Made by a program: the position numbers and the translations under genes
In this document: in pieces, positions 52,241 through 61,887 of the stretch
Layout: each line of letters opens with the position of its first letter
Position numbering within the stretch: position 1 is the stretch's first letter
Virus record (IMG/VR): IMGVR_UViG_3300001199_000001
Span: 5,404-69,403 of that record
Strand: one strand, 5' to 3'
DNA from: a virus
Taxonomy: Duplodnaviria; Heunggongvirae; Uroviricota; Caudoviricetes
DNA: 64,000 nt
The notes under the pieces: generated by a model
Databases searched by the model: none
What the model saw: the letters and a program-made list of their open reading frames with translations, nothing else
What the model was told of the DNA's origin: nothing

Positions 52241-52647
52241 TGTCTAAGACCAAGGAAGATTGCAAAGTGAAGTTCGAACAGAACATCAACTTCAAGGGCT
52301 TTAGGGCCGATCCTGTGTTCGATAACACACGGACGCTGGAGGCTTGTGCGACGAAGTTCAACGCACAGGAACTCGCCAAGGCCTGGGCTCAGCCTGTACC
52401 TACTTACGATTATCGTAACATCAATATCGTCGTGAATGTAACCGCAGCCACGGCAAGTCTTGAGCAGATGAAGATCGCCTTTGCAAAAACCGCTGATTTT
52501 GCCAAAGCCAATCGCATTAAGGCAGCCGAAGCTTTGTTGGCAGATAGGGCAAAAGCGACTTTTTACGCGAAAGAGGGAAAATCCACTCCCGAGTTATCGA
52601 TGTTCGATAAAGCCCGCGCGACGCTTAAAAACAAGCACCGCTCATAA
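52240..52647 (+). CDS. hypothetical protein
   Basis: 135 aa ORF. Confidence 0.55.
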   Translation: MSKTKEDCKVKFEQNINFKGFRADPVFDNTRTLEACATKFNAQELAKAWAQPVPTYDYRNINIVVNVTAATASLEQMKIAFAKTADFAKANRIKAAEALLADRAKATFYAKEGKSTPELSMFDKARATLKNKHRS

Positions 52648-52656
52648 AAATAAAAG

Positions 52657-52691
52657 TCCCGGACCGCCTTGGGTTTTAACGGTCCGGGACC
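52657..52691 (+). terminator. perfect 11-bp stem hairpin (possible terminator without U-tract)
   Basis: GTCCCGGACCG-ccttgggttttaa-CGGTCCGGGAC. Confidence 0.45.
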
Positions 52692-52743
52692 CTCAAGAAG
52701 CAGTGGCTGGCAACCCTTTCACCGTCCACTGTCAACACATTAT

Positions 52744-53206
52744 CATGGCTGTCATCAGACGCAAGCGTAAACGGAAGAAGACGGCTATCGCAGTTCGCTT
52801 CTCCCATCGGACACATCCCGCGAAGATGTACAAGGCGCCGCCCGGTGTTTGTAGCTGGTGTGCGAGCGACATCTTGACCCTCGAAGGCAAGATCAACGCG
52901 AACAAGAAGTTCTGCGGACGCATCTGCGAAGATTCCTATAAAATCCACACTGATTCAAAGGCTTGGCGGAAAGAGGTCTGGCAGCGTGATCGCGGGTTCT
53001 GCCGCGAATGTGGCAAGAAACATCCACTCGACGGTAAGGAGTGGGAAGCTGATCACATCCAACCTTTGTTCATTTCCTGCGGCGATTGGAACTTCTGGTC
53101 TCCTGAGAATGGCGCGGTCTTGTGTAAGTCACCTTGTCATAAGATTAAGACCGAAGCTGATCGTCAGAAGTATTTAACTCCAAGACCAGTAAAACGCCGT
53201 CGTTGA
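52744..53206 (+). CDS. HNH endonuclease (second)
   Basis: CRECGKKH...EADHIQP...NGAVLCKSCH..K. Confidence 0.75.
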
Positions 53207-53428
53207 AGAAGAAATTTTCCAGTAGTCAACACCTTGTTTGTGCGAATTCTTGACAAACCAATTGGTTTGGTGTAGAAGGCATGCAAGCTGCAATAACAAA
53301 GAAACAAATTGCAGTGTCCCGACAAGACGACCTTACGCCCAATACCGACGTGGGTGGGTCTCTTTCTCGTCCGCGACGGGTCGTCGCCCAGCACTGGGGT
53401 CCAGTGTTTCCCTCTGAGAAAGTATACA

Positions 53429-54220
53429 ATGCCTGTTTTGACTTTTGATGCTCTTGAAGATGTGCCGGAAGGCCTTCGAGATTTTGCGAAAGACCATGGT
53501 GACGGCAAAATCACCGTGAACGTTGTTCCAGAAACGAAGCTTAGCGAGTTCCGGGATAACAACATCAACGTCTCCAAGGAGCGCGACCAGCTTCGGGAAG
53601 CCGTTGACAGACTGAAGAACATCGTGGGTGAAGACCCCGAAGCGTTCGAAAAGGATTTGGCGGAACTCCGCGTGACCCGAGATCGGGTGGCTGCCGGGGA
53701 ACTGCGTGAAAGTCGGGCTCTGGAAGAAGCCATCGGCAAGCGTACTGAAGAGATGCGCAAGAAGTTTGAAGAAGAGCTTCAAGGCCGTGGTCGCGAACTA
53801 GGTGCTTGGAAGGATAAATATGGAACACTGGACCGGCGCTACCGCGACGAAAAAGTGATCCAAGCGGTGAAGGATGCGGCTACGTCCCCGGACTCTGGGG
53901 TGCAGCACAAGGCCATCAGCGATGTCGCCAAACGGGCTCTCGAAGTCTTCAAGGTGATGGACGATGGACGCATCATTCCGATGAACGGTGACGTGCCGAT
54001 CTACGGAACCAACGGGGTTGACCCGATGACTCCGAACGAATGGCTCGCCAAGCTGAAGGACGAAGCTCCGTACTTCTTCATGGGCACCCAAGGCGGTGGC
54101 GCTGGCGGTGATCCCGGTAAAAAGACGGGTCTCGGCATGTCGTATGCCGATCTTTCGAAGCTCTCGGCAACTGAAAAGTTGGCGCTGGCGAACAAAGAAG
54201 GCCGTCCTTTCGGCAAGTAA
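53429..54220 (+). CDS. putative scaffolding protein
   Basis: coiled-coil, acidic, immediately upstream of capsid gene; start MPVLTFDAL. Confidence 0.5.
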   Translation: MPVLTFDALEDVPEGLRDFAKDHGDGKITVNVVPETKLSEFRDNNINVSKERDQLREAVDRLKNIVGEDPEAFEKDLAELRVTRDRVAAGELRESRALEEAIGKRTEEMRKKFEEELQGRGRELGAWKDKYGTLDRRYRDEKVIQAVKDAATSPDSGVQHKAISDVAKRALEVFKVMDDGRIIPMNGDVPIYGTNGVDPMTPNEWLAKLKDEAPYFFMGTQGGGAGGDPGKKTGLGMSYADLSKLSATEKLALANKEGRPFGK

Positions 54221-54223
54221 CTG

Positions 54224-54236
54224 AGTCACTTTAAGT
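54224..54236. repeat. AGTCACTTTAAGT motif copy 2
   Basis: 3 nt after scaffold stop; part of palindrome GTCACTTtaagtgaAGTGAC. Confidence 0.7.
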
Positions 54237-54387
54237 GAAGTGACTGGACTAAAAATTTGTGGGGTTGGATTCGTCCAACCCCGCTCCAAACAACCCTTGG
54301 GGACGCTGGACGCCCGAGGGGGAAGCCCGAGGCGGGGGGCCTGCCTCCTCAACCAGTCTAGCGTAACCCTTGAGGAGAATTCAGCTT

Positions 54388-55323
54388 ATGGCTGCTCTCA
54401 CACTGTTGCAAGCTGCCGAACAGGCGATGGGCAACGAAGAAATCAAGCGCGCCGCGATCATCGAACTGTTCGCTCAGCCTGACCTCCTTCGTGTCCTCCC
54501 GTTCATGGATATTCCGGGCAGCGCCTATTCGTATATCCAAGAAGGTCAGCTTCCGGGCGTCGCCTTCCGTGGTTACAACGAGTCTTACTCGACCACCACG
54601 GGCGTCGTTAACCCGCAAGTTGAACGCCTCCGCATCGCGGGCGGCGATCTGGATGTGGACAAGGCCCTCCTGAAGACGCACGGCGCGGGCGTTCGCTCGA
54701 CGCAAGAGCGTATGAAGGTTAAGGCCCTCTCGCTCTACATCTCGGGCAAGATGATCAACGGCGACTCCGACGTTGATCCGCGTGAATTCGACGGCCTCCG
54801 TAAGCGCATCGTCGGCGATCAGAAGATCGCTGCTGGTTCGACCGGTGGTGGCGACGCGCTGTCCCTGTCGGTTCTGGATGAAGCTATCGACGCTGTCGAC
54901 GGCGCCACCCACCTGATCATGTCCAAGAAGATGCGTAACCGCCTCTCGGCTGCTGCGCGTAACACCGGCACGACCGGCTTCATGGTCTGGGACAAGGACG
55001 AGTTCGGCAACCGTGTCGCTTTCTACAACGACATTCCGATCCTCGTGACTGACTACGACGACACCAACACTCAGGTCATCGCTTTCAACGAAGCATGCCC
55101 CGGTGGCGGTTCGGCGGTCGGTACGTCGATCTACGTCGTCAACATGAGCGACACCGGCGTTTGCGGTCTGCAAAACGGCGTCATGGAAGTCACCGACCTT
55201 GGTGAAGTCCAAGACAAGCCGGTTCTGCGCACCCGCGTTGAGTGGCTGATCGGTCTGGCCGTGCTCCACGGTCGTGCCGTTGCTCGTATCTGGGGCATCA
55301 AGGACGCGGCGGTGACGGCTTAA
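54388..55323 (+). CDS. putative major capsid protein
   Basis: GAGGAG RBS; 311 aa following scaffold; strong terminator two genes downstream. Confidence 0.55.
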   Translation: MAALTLLQAAEQAMGNEEIKRAAIIELFAQPDLLRVLPFMDIPGSAYSYIQEGQLPGVAFRGYNESYSTTTGVVNPQVERLRIAGGDLDVDKALLKTHGAGVRSTQERMKVKALSLYISGKMINGDSDVDPREFDGLRKRIVGDQKIAAGSTGGGDALSLSVLDEAIDAVDGATHLIMSKKMRNRLSAAARNTGTTGFMVWDKDEFGNRVAFYNDIPILVTDYDDTNTQVIAFNEACPGGGSAVGTSIYVVNMSDTGVCGLQNGVMEVTDLGEVQDKPVLRTRVEWLIGLAVLHGRAVARIWGIKDAAVTA

Positions 55324-55375
55324 TTGCCGTCACTACCCTGCCTTCGTTAGGAACCTTTTTTAGGAAACCCAGAAA

Positions 55376-55816
55376 ATGGAAAGCACTGTTAAGCACCAGT
55401 ACGACGGCGATCTCGCCCTTCGTGCGCCCGGTTTGGCCGCTCTTACGGCTGACACCGCTCTGACCAAGATCGACCTGCACCGCCTGACGGCGGGACGTGG
55501 CGATCTGGAGAACCGCTATGGTCTCGGTTCGTTCGACGTTGTCGTTGTTGTCGCTTCTATGGACACCACGACCGGCGACGAAGCCTACGCCCTGGAATTC
55601 ACGACCTATGACTCCGCTGGAGCCAACCCGGTCGTCCAGGCGTCGCACACCGTGACCTCGGCTGATGTCGCCAAGACGCGCGTCTTCACGTTCCACCCGG
55701 AATCGCTGAAGCTTGCGGACGCCGACGCTGCCAAGTTCTCGATCAACGTGAATGTCGGCGGCACGACCCCGATCATCTCGTTGTATGCCTTTGCGGCCCC
55801 CCACTCCCACGCGTAA
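55376..55816 (+). CDS. putative head-associated/decoration protein
   Basis: 146 aa following capsid gene. Confidence 0.4.
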   Translation: MESTVKHQYDGDLALRAPGLAALTADTALTKIDLHRLTAGRGDLENRYGLGSFDVVVVVASMDTTTGDEAYALEFTTYDSAGANPVVQASHTVTSADVAKTRVFTFHPESLKLADADAAKFSINVNVGGTTPIISLYAFAAPHSHA

Positions 55817-55859
55817 TGGCTGACGCTTCGGCGTCATCCTAGTGGATGTGGTAATAAGG

Positions 55860-55890
55860 AAGGCCCCGCTGAAAAGCGGGGCCTTTTCTT
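55860..55890 (+). terminator. rho-independent terminator
   Basis: GGCCCCGC-tgaaaa-GCGGGGCC followed by TTTTCTT. Confidence 0.8.
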
Positions 55891-55904
55891 ATGCGTAAGA
55901 GGTG

Positions 55905-55951
55905 TGAAGCCGGGAGGGGTCTTAACGGGGGGGCGACATCCTCCCGGCTTC
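55905..55951. repeat. long inverted repeat hairpin
   Basis: GAAGCCGGGAGG...CCTCCCGGCTTC 12-bp stem. Confidence 0.5.
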
Positions 55952-56043
55952 AGTCTTCGGGCGGGCTGTTCGTGGGGGGCGAGCCTCAGCACCGACGACA
56001 TGTAGAACTTATTGAATTATACGTTTGTGGTCAACACAAAAAT

Positions 56044-56676
56044 TCAATCCGGTCCATTCAGTTTGACGACTTCCACCCCGTCGACATAGCCAATTGCGGC
56101 GTGGGCCTTAGCGATCACGTCCTCCAAGAGAACGGGGGCGTAACCGACCTGTTCCGCAGAGACGCAAACATATCTCGGATCGGGAACCCTCATGATCGAG
56201 GGCGGCGTCGCGAGGCCGTCGTAGATATCCTCGTCCACAGTGATCTGGTTGGTGTGCAGGTGGCCATGGATGTTAACCACGAACCGACCCAGGCACTGTT
56301 CATGGATTGGAATATGGCTCAGGATAGCGCGCGGGCCACCTTCTCCGTCTACGACCTTATAGCCGCGCACGTCCTCGAAGTATTTCAGATACTCCTTAGC
56401 GCCGAAGATATCGTGGTTGCCGGAAATCAGCACCAGTTTTCCATTCAGGCGCTCTAAGATTGGCAGAGCCCGCTTGTTTATAGCGACATCGCCGACAAGG
56501 TAGACACGGTCGTGCTCACCCGTGACTGCGTTCCACGCGGCCACCATCGCTTCATCCATTTCCTCGGGCGTGTCCCACGGGCGGACGGGAGAGCCGTCGC
56601 TCCGCATGAACTGTGTGATTCCCTTGTGGCCCCAGTGGGTGTCACCGATCACTCGCGCTCTGTCTTTTTTAGCCAT
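56044..56676 (-). CDS. calcineurin-like metallophosphoesterase
   Basis: VIGDTHWGH...LVGD...GNHD...IHGHLH motifs; opposite strand inside late region. Confidence 0.75.
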   Translation of the reverse strand: MAKKDRARVIGDTHWGHKGITQFMRSDGSPVRPWDTPEEMDEAMVAAWNAVTGEHDRVYLVGDVAINKRALPILERLNGKLVLISGNHDIFGAKEYLKYFEDVRGYKVVDGEGGPRAILSHIPIHEQCLGRFVVNIHGHLHTNQITVDEDIYDGLATPPSIMRVPDPRYVCVSAEQVGYAPVLLEDVIAKAHAAIGYVDGVEVVKLNGPD

Positions 56677-56750
56677 GAGACAGTTTCATCGATTTTTAGG
56701 AACTTGTCAACACCCGGCGTCAACTGCACTGACAAGCCGGGTCAGAATCA

Positions 56751-56775
56751 TTGACATCTTAACTTATTGTGACAC
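56751..56775 (+). promoter_or_regulatory. conserved late-region element TTGACA-N6-CTTATTGTGACAC (copy 2)
   Basis: 23 nt before GGAGG RBS of gene at 56798. Confidence 0.45.
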
Positions 56776-56797
56776 ACTCCCCTCATTGGAGGCGCGT

Positions 56798-57157
56798 ATG
56801 GCTGATCTGAACTACACCGTTTATGACAATGAAGACCTTCATCGTGACTTTCAACTGAAGGAAGGCGCGTCGGCTGAGGCCGCGACTGCGACTGATATCA
56901 CCGACAGCACGATTAGCGCTGAAATCCGGGACGAGACAAATACGCTCATCCTCCGGATGACATCGACAGACAACACTACGCTCAAGATTTTGGACGCAGA
57001 AGAAGGACGCTTCGGGTTTCGTATTGATCGCGAGCTTCTGCCGACGAACAAGAAGCTGTTGAAGTACGATGTGCTGATTACCGACGCAGATGGGTACACG
57101 CGTCGTCTCTGGGGCGGCAAGATTACTGTCAAGATAGGCGTCACGCAGGACACCTAA
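56798..57157 (+). CDS. hypothetical structural protein
   Basis: GGAGGCG RBS; 119 aa. Confidence 0.55.
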   Translation: MADLNYTVYDNEDLHRDFQLKEGASAEAATATDITDSTISAEIRDETNTLILRMTSTDNTTLKILDAEEGRFGFRIDRELLPTNKKLLKYDVLITDADGYTRRLWGGKITVKIGVTQDT

Positions 57158-57813
57158 TGCCTGACCTCCAGCCCATTATATTCCCGCCGAACACACCGAC
57201 GGTGGTCGTTTTTACGCAGGAACAAGGCTCGCTCATAGTCCTTATCCCGCAAGAACAACCGATTCTTGAGACGCCCGTTGAGGCGGTCACGGTCGTCGAG
57301 CCGGTCAACGACACGCAGCCGATCATCGTAGAAGCCGTGACACCCAATCTCATCGTGATTGAGCAGCCTATTACGACGGCTGTCATTACCGCAGGACCGC
57401 CAGTGATCGTCATTGCCGACGCCACCGGAGCCCAAGGACCGCGCGGCGATTCCGGCAACGTCGAGCGTTATCTTGTTGGCTCCTGGGATGGGCCGATGCC
57501 TTTCAGCACTCCTAGCGATCCTGAGTTCCTTTTCGCGGCGGATATCCCTACAGCGATGCGAATCAGGGCAGACGCTCCGAAGTCCTTTGCAAAAGCAAAA
57601 ACACCCGCCACGTCCAATGTCGTACTTGATGTCACCTTGAATGAGGTGGTCGTGGGCACACTAACCTTCGGTCCTGGTGATGAGGATGGTGTGTTTGTTA
57701 TTACTGATCAAGTAGACATGGTTGCAGGCGATCTTCTTGAAATTCCGGCTCCAACATCTGGCGACGCAACACTAGCCGACATACGGATCACCATCACTAC
57801 AGAACTAACCTGA
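57157..57813 (+). CDS. hypothetical structural protein (collagen-like GAQGPRGDSG segment)
   Basis: 218 aa; TAATG coupling. Confidence 0.55.
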   Translation: MPDLQPIIFPPNTPTVVVFTQEQGSLIVLIPQEQPILETPVEAVTVVEPVNDTQPIIVEAVTPNLIVIEQPITTAVITAGPPVIVIADATGAQGPRGDSGNVERYLVGSWDGPMPFSTPSDPEFLFAADIPTAMRIRADAPKSFAKAKTPATSNVVLDVTLNEVVVGTLTFGPGDEDGVFVITDQVDMVAGDLLEIPAPTSGDATLADIRITITTELT

Positions 57814-57831
57814 GTAAAGTCACCCGAATTC

Positions 57832-57857
57832 TTGACAAGCTCAACTTAATATGACAC
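57832..57857 (+). promoter_or_regulatory. conserved late-region element TTGACA-N7-CTTAATATGACAC (copy 3)
   Basis: upstream of 57922 gene. Confidence 0.45.
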
Positions 57858-57921
57858 AAGGAAGGCTCAATAGCCCGCTCTGGGCTCGCGATCCCGAACC
57901 GCACCCAAACAGGATTTTCCC

Positions 57922-58389
57922 ATGGCATCTGCTAAGCGCATGGTCACAGTTTACGACAAGAATGGTAAGTCGTATGTTGTTGATCACCTGAACGCTCTCG
58001 ATATGACGGCGTCACTAGGCTTCACCTATCAACCGGGCCGCAAGTTTGATTATCACGAGCCGCTGCCTTACGCTGGTAAGAACGTCGAGCTTCTGAAGAG
58101 AGACCCGCAGGGCAAGTCCCTGGCGCAGGGCATTCTTGACGGTATCCGGGACACTGAAGAAGCTGTCGTCGCTGACGACACCGATGAAGTGTTTGACGCC
58201 GGTAAGGACGTTGCACCTGAACCGGAATCGCTGGTCATTCCTTCGGTTGAAGTTGAAGTCAAGCCAGACACCACGCTTGTGATCCCGACAACGGACGAAG
58301 TCGAAGAAGTCGAGACACCTGCCTTTGAAATTCCGGTCATTGAAGCGGATGCCGAAGTTAAGCCGCGTAGCCGCACGAAGAAGGCCTAA
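57922..58389 (+). CDS. hypothetical acidic protein
   Basis: 155 aa ORF. Confidence 0.55.
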   Translation: MASAKRMVTVYDKNGKSYVVDHLNALDMTASLGFTYQPGRKFDYHEPLPYAGKNVELLKRDPQGKSLAQGILDGIRDTEEAVVADDTDEVFDAGKDVAPEPESLVIPSVEVEVKPDTTLVIPTTDEVEEVETPAFEIPVIEADAEVKPRSRTKKA

Positions 58390-58394
58390 TATCG

Positions 58395-58796
58395 ATGCCG
58401 GTCCTTTCATACGAAGTTCATGAAAATATCCTGAATTGGATGAAGGGCTCGGCGTTCCCCTCGGCTCCGGCGTCTCTGCGCTTGGCCTTGCTTACGGCAG
58501 AGCCTAATCCGGATGGTACCGGTATAGCGGAGCCCAACGGTGGTCACGGCTATGGTCGCCAAGTCGTTGCGTTCGGTGCGATCACGACGGACAACGGTAT
58601 CTCAACGATGAAGAATTCCGCTCCGGTGGTGTTCGGTCCAGCTTCTACTTCGGGCTGGGCGACCGCCACCCATGTCGGCCTCTTCTCCGTTGGGGGTGAC
58701 CTTCTTGCTTACGGTCCTCTGCCTGCGCAGCGCACGGCGCCGCTGGGCGATACCATTTCTTTCGGTGCTGAAGCCGTACAGATTCGTCTAAAGTGA
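58395..58796 (+). CDS. hypothetical structural protein (related to 59536..59937)
   Basis: shared LALLT..P..DGTG...G.....G...LFS pattern. Confidence 0.5.
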   Translation: MPVLSYEVHENILNWMKGSAFPSAPASLRLALLTAEPNPDGTGIAEPNGGHGYGRQVVAFGAITTDNGISTMKNSAPVVFGPASTSGWATATHVGLFSVGGDLLAYGPLPAQRTAPLGDTISFGAEAVQIRLK

Positions 58797-58808
58797 GTCA
58801 CTTTAAGT
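58796..58808. repeat. AGTCACTTTAAGT motif copy 3 (palindrome GTCACtttaaGTGAC)
   Basis: overlaps stop codon of 58395..58796. Confidence 0.7.
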
Positions 58809-59517
58809 GACACAAGATGCGAGCATTAGTTGGTCGGCGGGGGCATCATTCGTCGCCACCTCCAACAAGACTCACATTGCGCGGGTGGGCTGGTCAGCGG
58901 AGGCGGCATTTAGCGCCGCCCCTAATCAGACTTACGCCGCGTCCGTGATTTTAATTGCTGAAGGCGGCATCGAACCAAACGATGCCTATCTCGGCAAGCC
59001 TACCAGTATCGAACTACTGATGGAGACTGATGGCGCGTCCACCGTCTTCCCCGGCAGCTTCGCTTATATACAGGACGCGTCGACCTACGAGGTCGTCATG
59101 TTCTTCGAGATGGAAGGGAACGCTCACGGATCGTTGGTCGTGCCGTATGTGCAGGACACCGATGGTGGGAAACCTCCGAGACTTCTTGGACAACCTGTAG
59201 AGGGTCAGCCCGAAGCAGCCGAGAAGTTGTTCCGCTTTCACGCGGCTGATTCAGCTTACCGAATTTCGGAAGCTCGCAGTCGTGGGTGGGCGGACAGTCC
59301 GGCGACGGCGGATGCAGTCTTCACGCTTGAAAGAAAGCGCGGGATTACATCCACCACCGTAGCCACGGTCACTTTTTATGCAGGCGCCAGCGCCCCGCAG
59401 ATCGAAGTGATTGATGCGAGTGTGGTGGTCGGTGACCGTCTCATCTTCCACGCCCCGACTGTGCAAGACATCACACTTGCCAATCTGGTTGTGACTTTTG
59501 TTCTGATCTTCGCCTAA
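58807..59517 (+). CDS. hypothetical structural protein (GTG start)
   Basis: 236 aa ORF. Confidence 0.5.
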   Translation: MTQDASISWSAGASFVATSNKTHIARVGWSAEAAFSAAPNQTYAASVILIAEGGIEPNDAYLGKPTSIELLMETDGASTVFPGSFAYIQDASTYEVVMFFEMEGNAHGSLVVPYVQDTDGGKPPRLLGQPVEGQPEAAEKLFRFHAADSAYRISEARSRGWADSPATADAVFTLERKRGITSTTVATVTFYAGASAPQIEVIDASVVVGDRLIFHAPTVQDITLANLVVTFVLIFA

Positions 59518-59535
59518 TCATAAGGAGACTTTCCC

Positions 59536-59937
59536 ATGGCGAACGCAATCTACCCCAAGGCCAAGGAGCAATTCCTCCAAGGCGGAATCAACATGTCATC
59601 GGACACCATCAAGGTGGCCCTGATCGACACCGGCACCTACACCTATTCGGCAGCCCATGACTTCTGGGATGACGCATCGGCTGGTGTTATCGGGACCCCG
59701 CAAACGCTGGGCACCAAGACCTTCACCAGCGGCGTTTTCGACGCCGCCGACTCGACCTTCACCTCGGTTTCGGGTGCGACGGTTGAAGCGCTGATCATCT
59801 ACAAGGACACCGGCACCCCGGCTACTTCGAACCTGATCGCGTACATCGACTCGGGTACGGGCCTGCCGGTTACGCCCAACGGCGGTAACATCAATGTGGT
59901 CTGGGACTCTGGCGCCAATAAAATCTTCGCGCTCTGA
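59536..59937 (+). CDS. hypothetical structural protein
   Basis: GGAGAC RBS-like; 133 aa. Confidence 0.55.
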   Translation: MANAIYPKAKEQFLQGGINMSSDTIKVALIDTGTYTYSAAHDFWDDASAGVIGTPQTLGTKTFTSGVFDAADSTFTSVSGATVEALIIYKDTGTPATSNLIAYIDSGTGLPVTPNGGNINVVWDSGANKIFAL

Positions 59938-59943
59938 TTTCTG

Positions 59944-59956
59944 AGTCATTTTAAGT
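59944..59956. repeat. AGTCATTTTAAGT motif copy 4 (variant)
   Basis: 6 nt after stop of 59536..59937. Confidence 0.65.
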
Positions 59957-59997
59957 GTAAGCTTTGGCGAAGGAGATCGGTTTTCGCCGGTCTCCTA

Positions 59998-60010
59998 AGT
60001 CATTTTAGGG
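59998..60010. repeat. AGTCATTTTAGGG motif copy 5 (degenerate)
   Basis: 5 nt before ATG 60016. Confidence 0.5.
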
Positions 60011-60015
60011 TAACA

Positions 60016-60363
60016 ATGGCTAGGCTTCTTTTCCGCGCACACGCGACTGTCTCGAACACGCCCGGTACCGGCAGTTTTACGCTGTCCACCGCAGCGTTCA
60101 CCGACACCCTTGCGTGGTCCACGGCGGGCGCAGAAGACGGCCATCAATACGCCTACCTCGCTATCGAGGGTACAAGCTGGGAGGCAGGCGAGGGAACCTA
60201 CACCAGCGGAACCCTGACGCGAGATAAAATCCTCAAGTCCTCGAACAGCGACAACGCCGTCACCTTCACGTCGGCTGTCACCGTCGCGTCCACGCCTGGA
60301 CCCACTCATCTTCAAAGCCGTGGTCGTATCCTGGCTTTGTCAAACCGCATTCCGCTTTTCTAA
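60016..60363 (+). CDS. fiber-like N-terminal module protein (paralog of 63751 ORF start)
   Basis: NTPGTGSFTLSTAAF...GTLTRDKILKSSNSDNA vs TGTGTITMGSAVSGF...TTLTRGVRKSNAALSSN. Confidence 0.5.
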   Translation: MARLLFRAHATVSNTPGTGSFTLSTAAFTDTLAWSTAGAEDGHQYAYLAIEGTSWEAGEGTYTSGTLTRDKILKSSNSDNAVTFTSAVTVASTPGPTHLQSRGRILALSNRIPLF

Positions 60364-60375
60364 GGGGCTGATCAC

Positions 60376-60795
60376 ATGGCTGCGAACGTCGAGCCTATTT
60401 ATACTAAAACGCCCCATATTGAATGGATCAGCTATATCGTAACCGCCAACACCACGGCGGACCTTACTGCTGGCACGAGCTATCTGACCTTCACCGCCAC
60501 GACGAACGGGTCGTTCTTGTCCCGCCTGCGTTTCAGACCAACGCCTGCGGGCAACACTACGGCGACTGTCGCCCGTATTTGGATCAACAACGGCGCGACC
60601 ACCGGCACGGCAGCGAACAACATTCTATTCGACGAAATCACCCTACCTGCCATCACTGCATCTTCTACAGCCGCTACGGCTGGATATGACGTACCGGTCA
60701 ACTTTCCGCTGCCTAACGGTTATCGAGTTTATGTGACTATCCATACAGGGTCAGCAAACGGCTGGGCTTGCTCATCTATCGGGGGCGACTACTAA
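60376..60795 (+). CDS. hypothetical structural protein
   Basis: 139 aa ORF. Confidence 0.5.
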   Translation: MAANVEPIYTKTPHIEWISYIVTANTTADLTAGTSYLTFTATTNGSFLSRLRFRPTPAGNTTATVARIWINNGATTGTAANNILFDEITLPAITASSTAATAGYDVPVNFPLPNGYRVYVTIHTGSANGWACSSIGGDY

Positions 60796-60986
60796 TGCAG
60801 GCCGTCTTCAATAAAATCGAATTCGAGTACGGGAAACAAGGCGAGGCCATTCAGGTCGTTGTCGATGGCATAGAGCAAGGCATCTTCTCACTCGATGGCC
60901 AAGCCATCACATTAGAAGGTGAATACGGCTACAAATTCACTGAACAGGACATCGAAGCGCCAGCATGGTTTGAATTCGGGGAATAG
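60795..60986 (+). CDS. hypothetical protein
   Basis: TAATG coupling. Confidence 0.45.
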   Translation: MQAVFNKIEFEYGKQGEAIQVVVDGIEQGIFSLDGQAITLEGEYGYKFTEQDIEAPAWFEFGE

Positions 60987-60989
60987 CCA

Positions 60990-61886
60990 ATGGATTTCCA
61001 TGGCTTTCCTCGTTTACCTGAATTTGATCGATTCAAGTTATTCACGCCGTCTGATGCTGGTTTGGCTCAGGCGGTTCTTTGGCACGTCCCTTCGACGGCT
61101 GTAGGGCTCCTTATTTCAGTTGTAGGTGGTGGCGGCGGCGGCGGCGGCGGCAATTCCGGATCAACGGGCACTACTCGGGGCGGCGGCGGCGGCGGTAGTT
61201 CATCTTCTTTGGCAACCTGGATCGGTCCGGCCAATCGCCTCCCGTCTATGCTTTATTTCTACATTGGAAATGGTGGTTTAGGCGGCGCAGCAGGCGTCAA
61301 CGGCACGGCGGGTGGACAAACGAGAGTCCACGTAGGTACAGGTACAACAGGGGCTTCGTGTCTACTGGCAGTCAATGGGGGAAATGGCGGCACGGCGGGA
61401 AGCGCTGCTGGCGGTACTGGCGGGACGGCTCCGACGGCCATAGCAATGACTTCAAGCTCCTTTTCAGCGACCGGCTTGTGGCAAGCCCTGACCGGTTTAG
61501 CCGGGCAGGCAGGGCGAACGGACAGCAATTTCACTGCCGACCCCATCAACAGCACGCCCTTGTGCAGAGGCTGGGGTGGTGGCGGATGTAACGCGACTGA
61601 TGTTGCAGGTACCGGAGGCGGCTCAACACAGATGTCTTTAGGGGGTATTGGAATCCCCCCCATAAATGGCGGCGCCATAAATGGTGGAGCAGGTACGAGT
61701 GGGTTACTTATCCAAAGACCGTTAGCAAGTTTAGGTGGCGCTGGTGGTGGTGGGCACGGTACGGGAACGGGCGGAGCAGGCGGCGGCGGCGGGCCAGGGA
61801 CAGGCGGCGGTGGTGGCGGCGCTGGTGTCACAGGCGGAGCAGGCGGTAACGGCGGTTCTGGTTTTGTCCTAGTTAACTGGTGGTGA
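60990..61886 (+). CDS. glycine-rich protein, paralog 1 (C-terminal ...GSGFVLVNWW)
   Basis: 298 aa, more than 40% Gly; conserved N-terminal block and WW terminus shared with next two genes. Confidence 0.65.
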   Translation: MDFHGFPRLPEFDRFKLFTPSDAGLAQAVLWHVPSTAVGLLISVVGGGGGGGGGNSGSTGTTRGGGGGGSSSSLATWIGPANRLPSMLYFYIGNGGLGGAAGVNGTAGGQTRVHVGTGTTGASCLLAVNGGNGGTAGSAAGGTGGTAPTAIAMTSSSFSATGLWQALTGLAGQAGRTDSNFTADPINSTPLCRGWGGGGCNATDVAGTGGGSTQMSLGGIGIPPINGGAINGGAGTSGLLIQRPLASLGGAGGGGHGTGTGGAGGGGGPGTGGGGGGAGVTGGAGGNGGSGFVLVNWW

Positions 61887-61887
61887 A

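Noticed and set aside
61259-61831. Minus-strand 190-aa Pro-rich ORF
   Set aside because: Same artefact as above, antisense to Gly-rich paralog 1.
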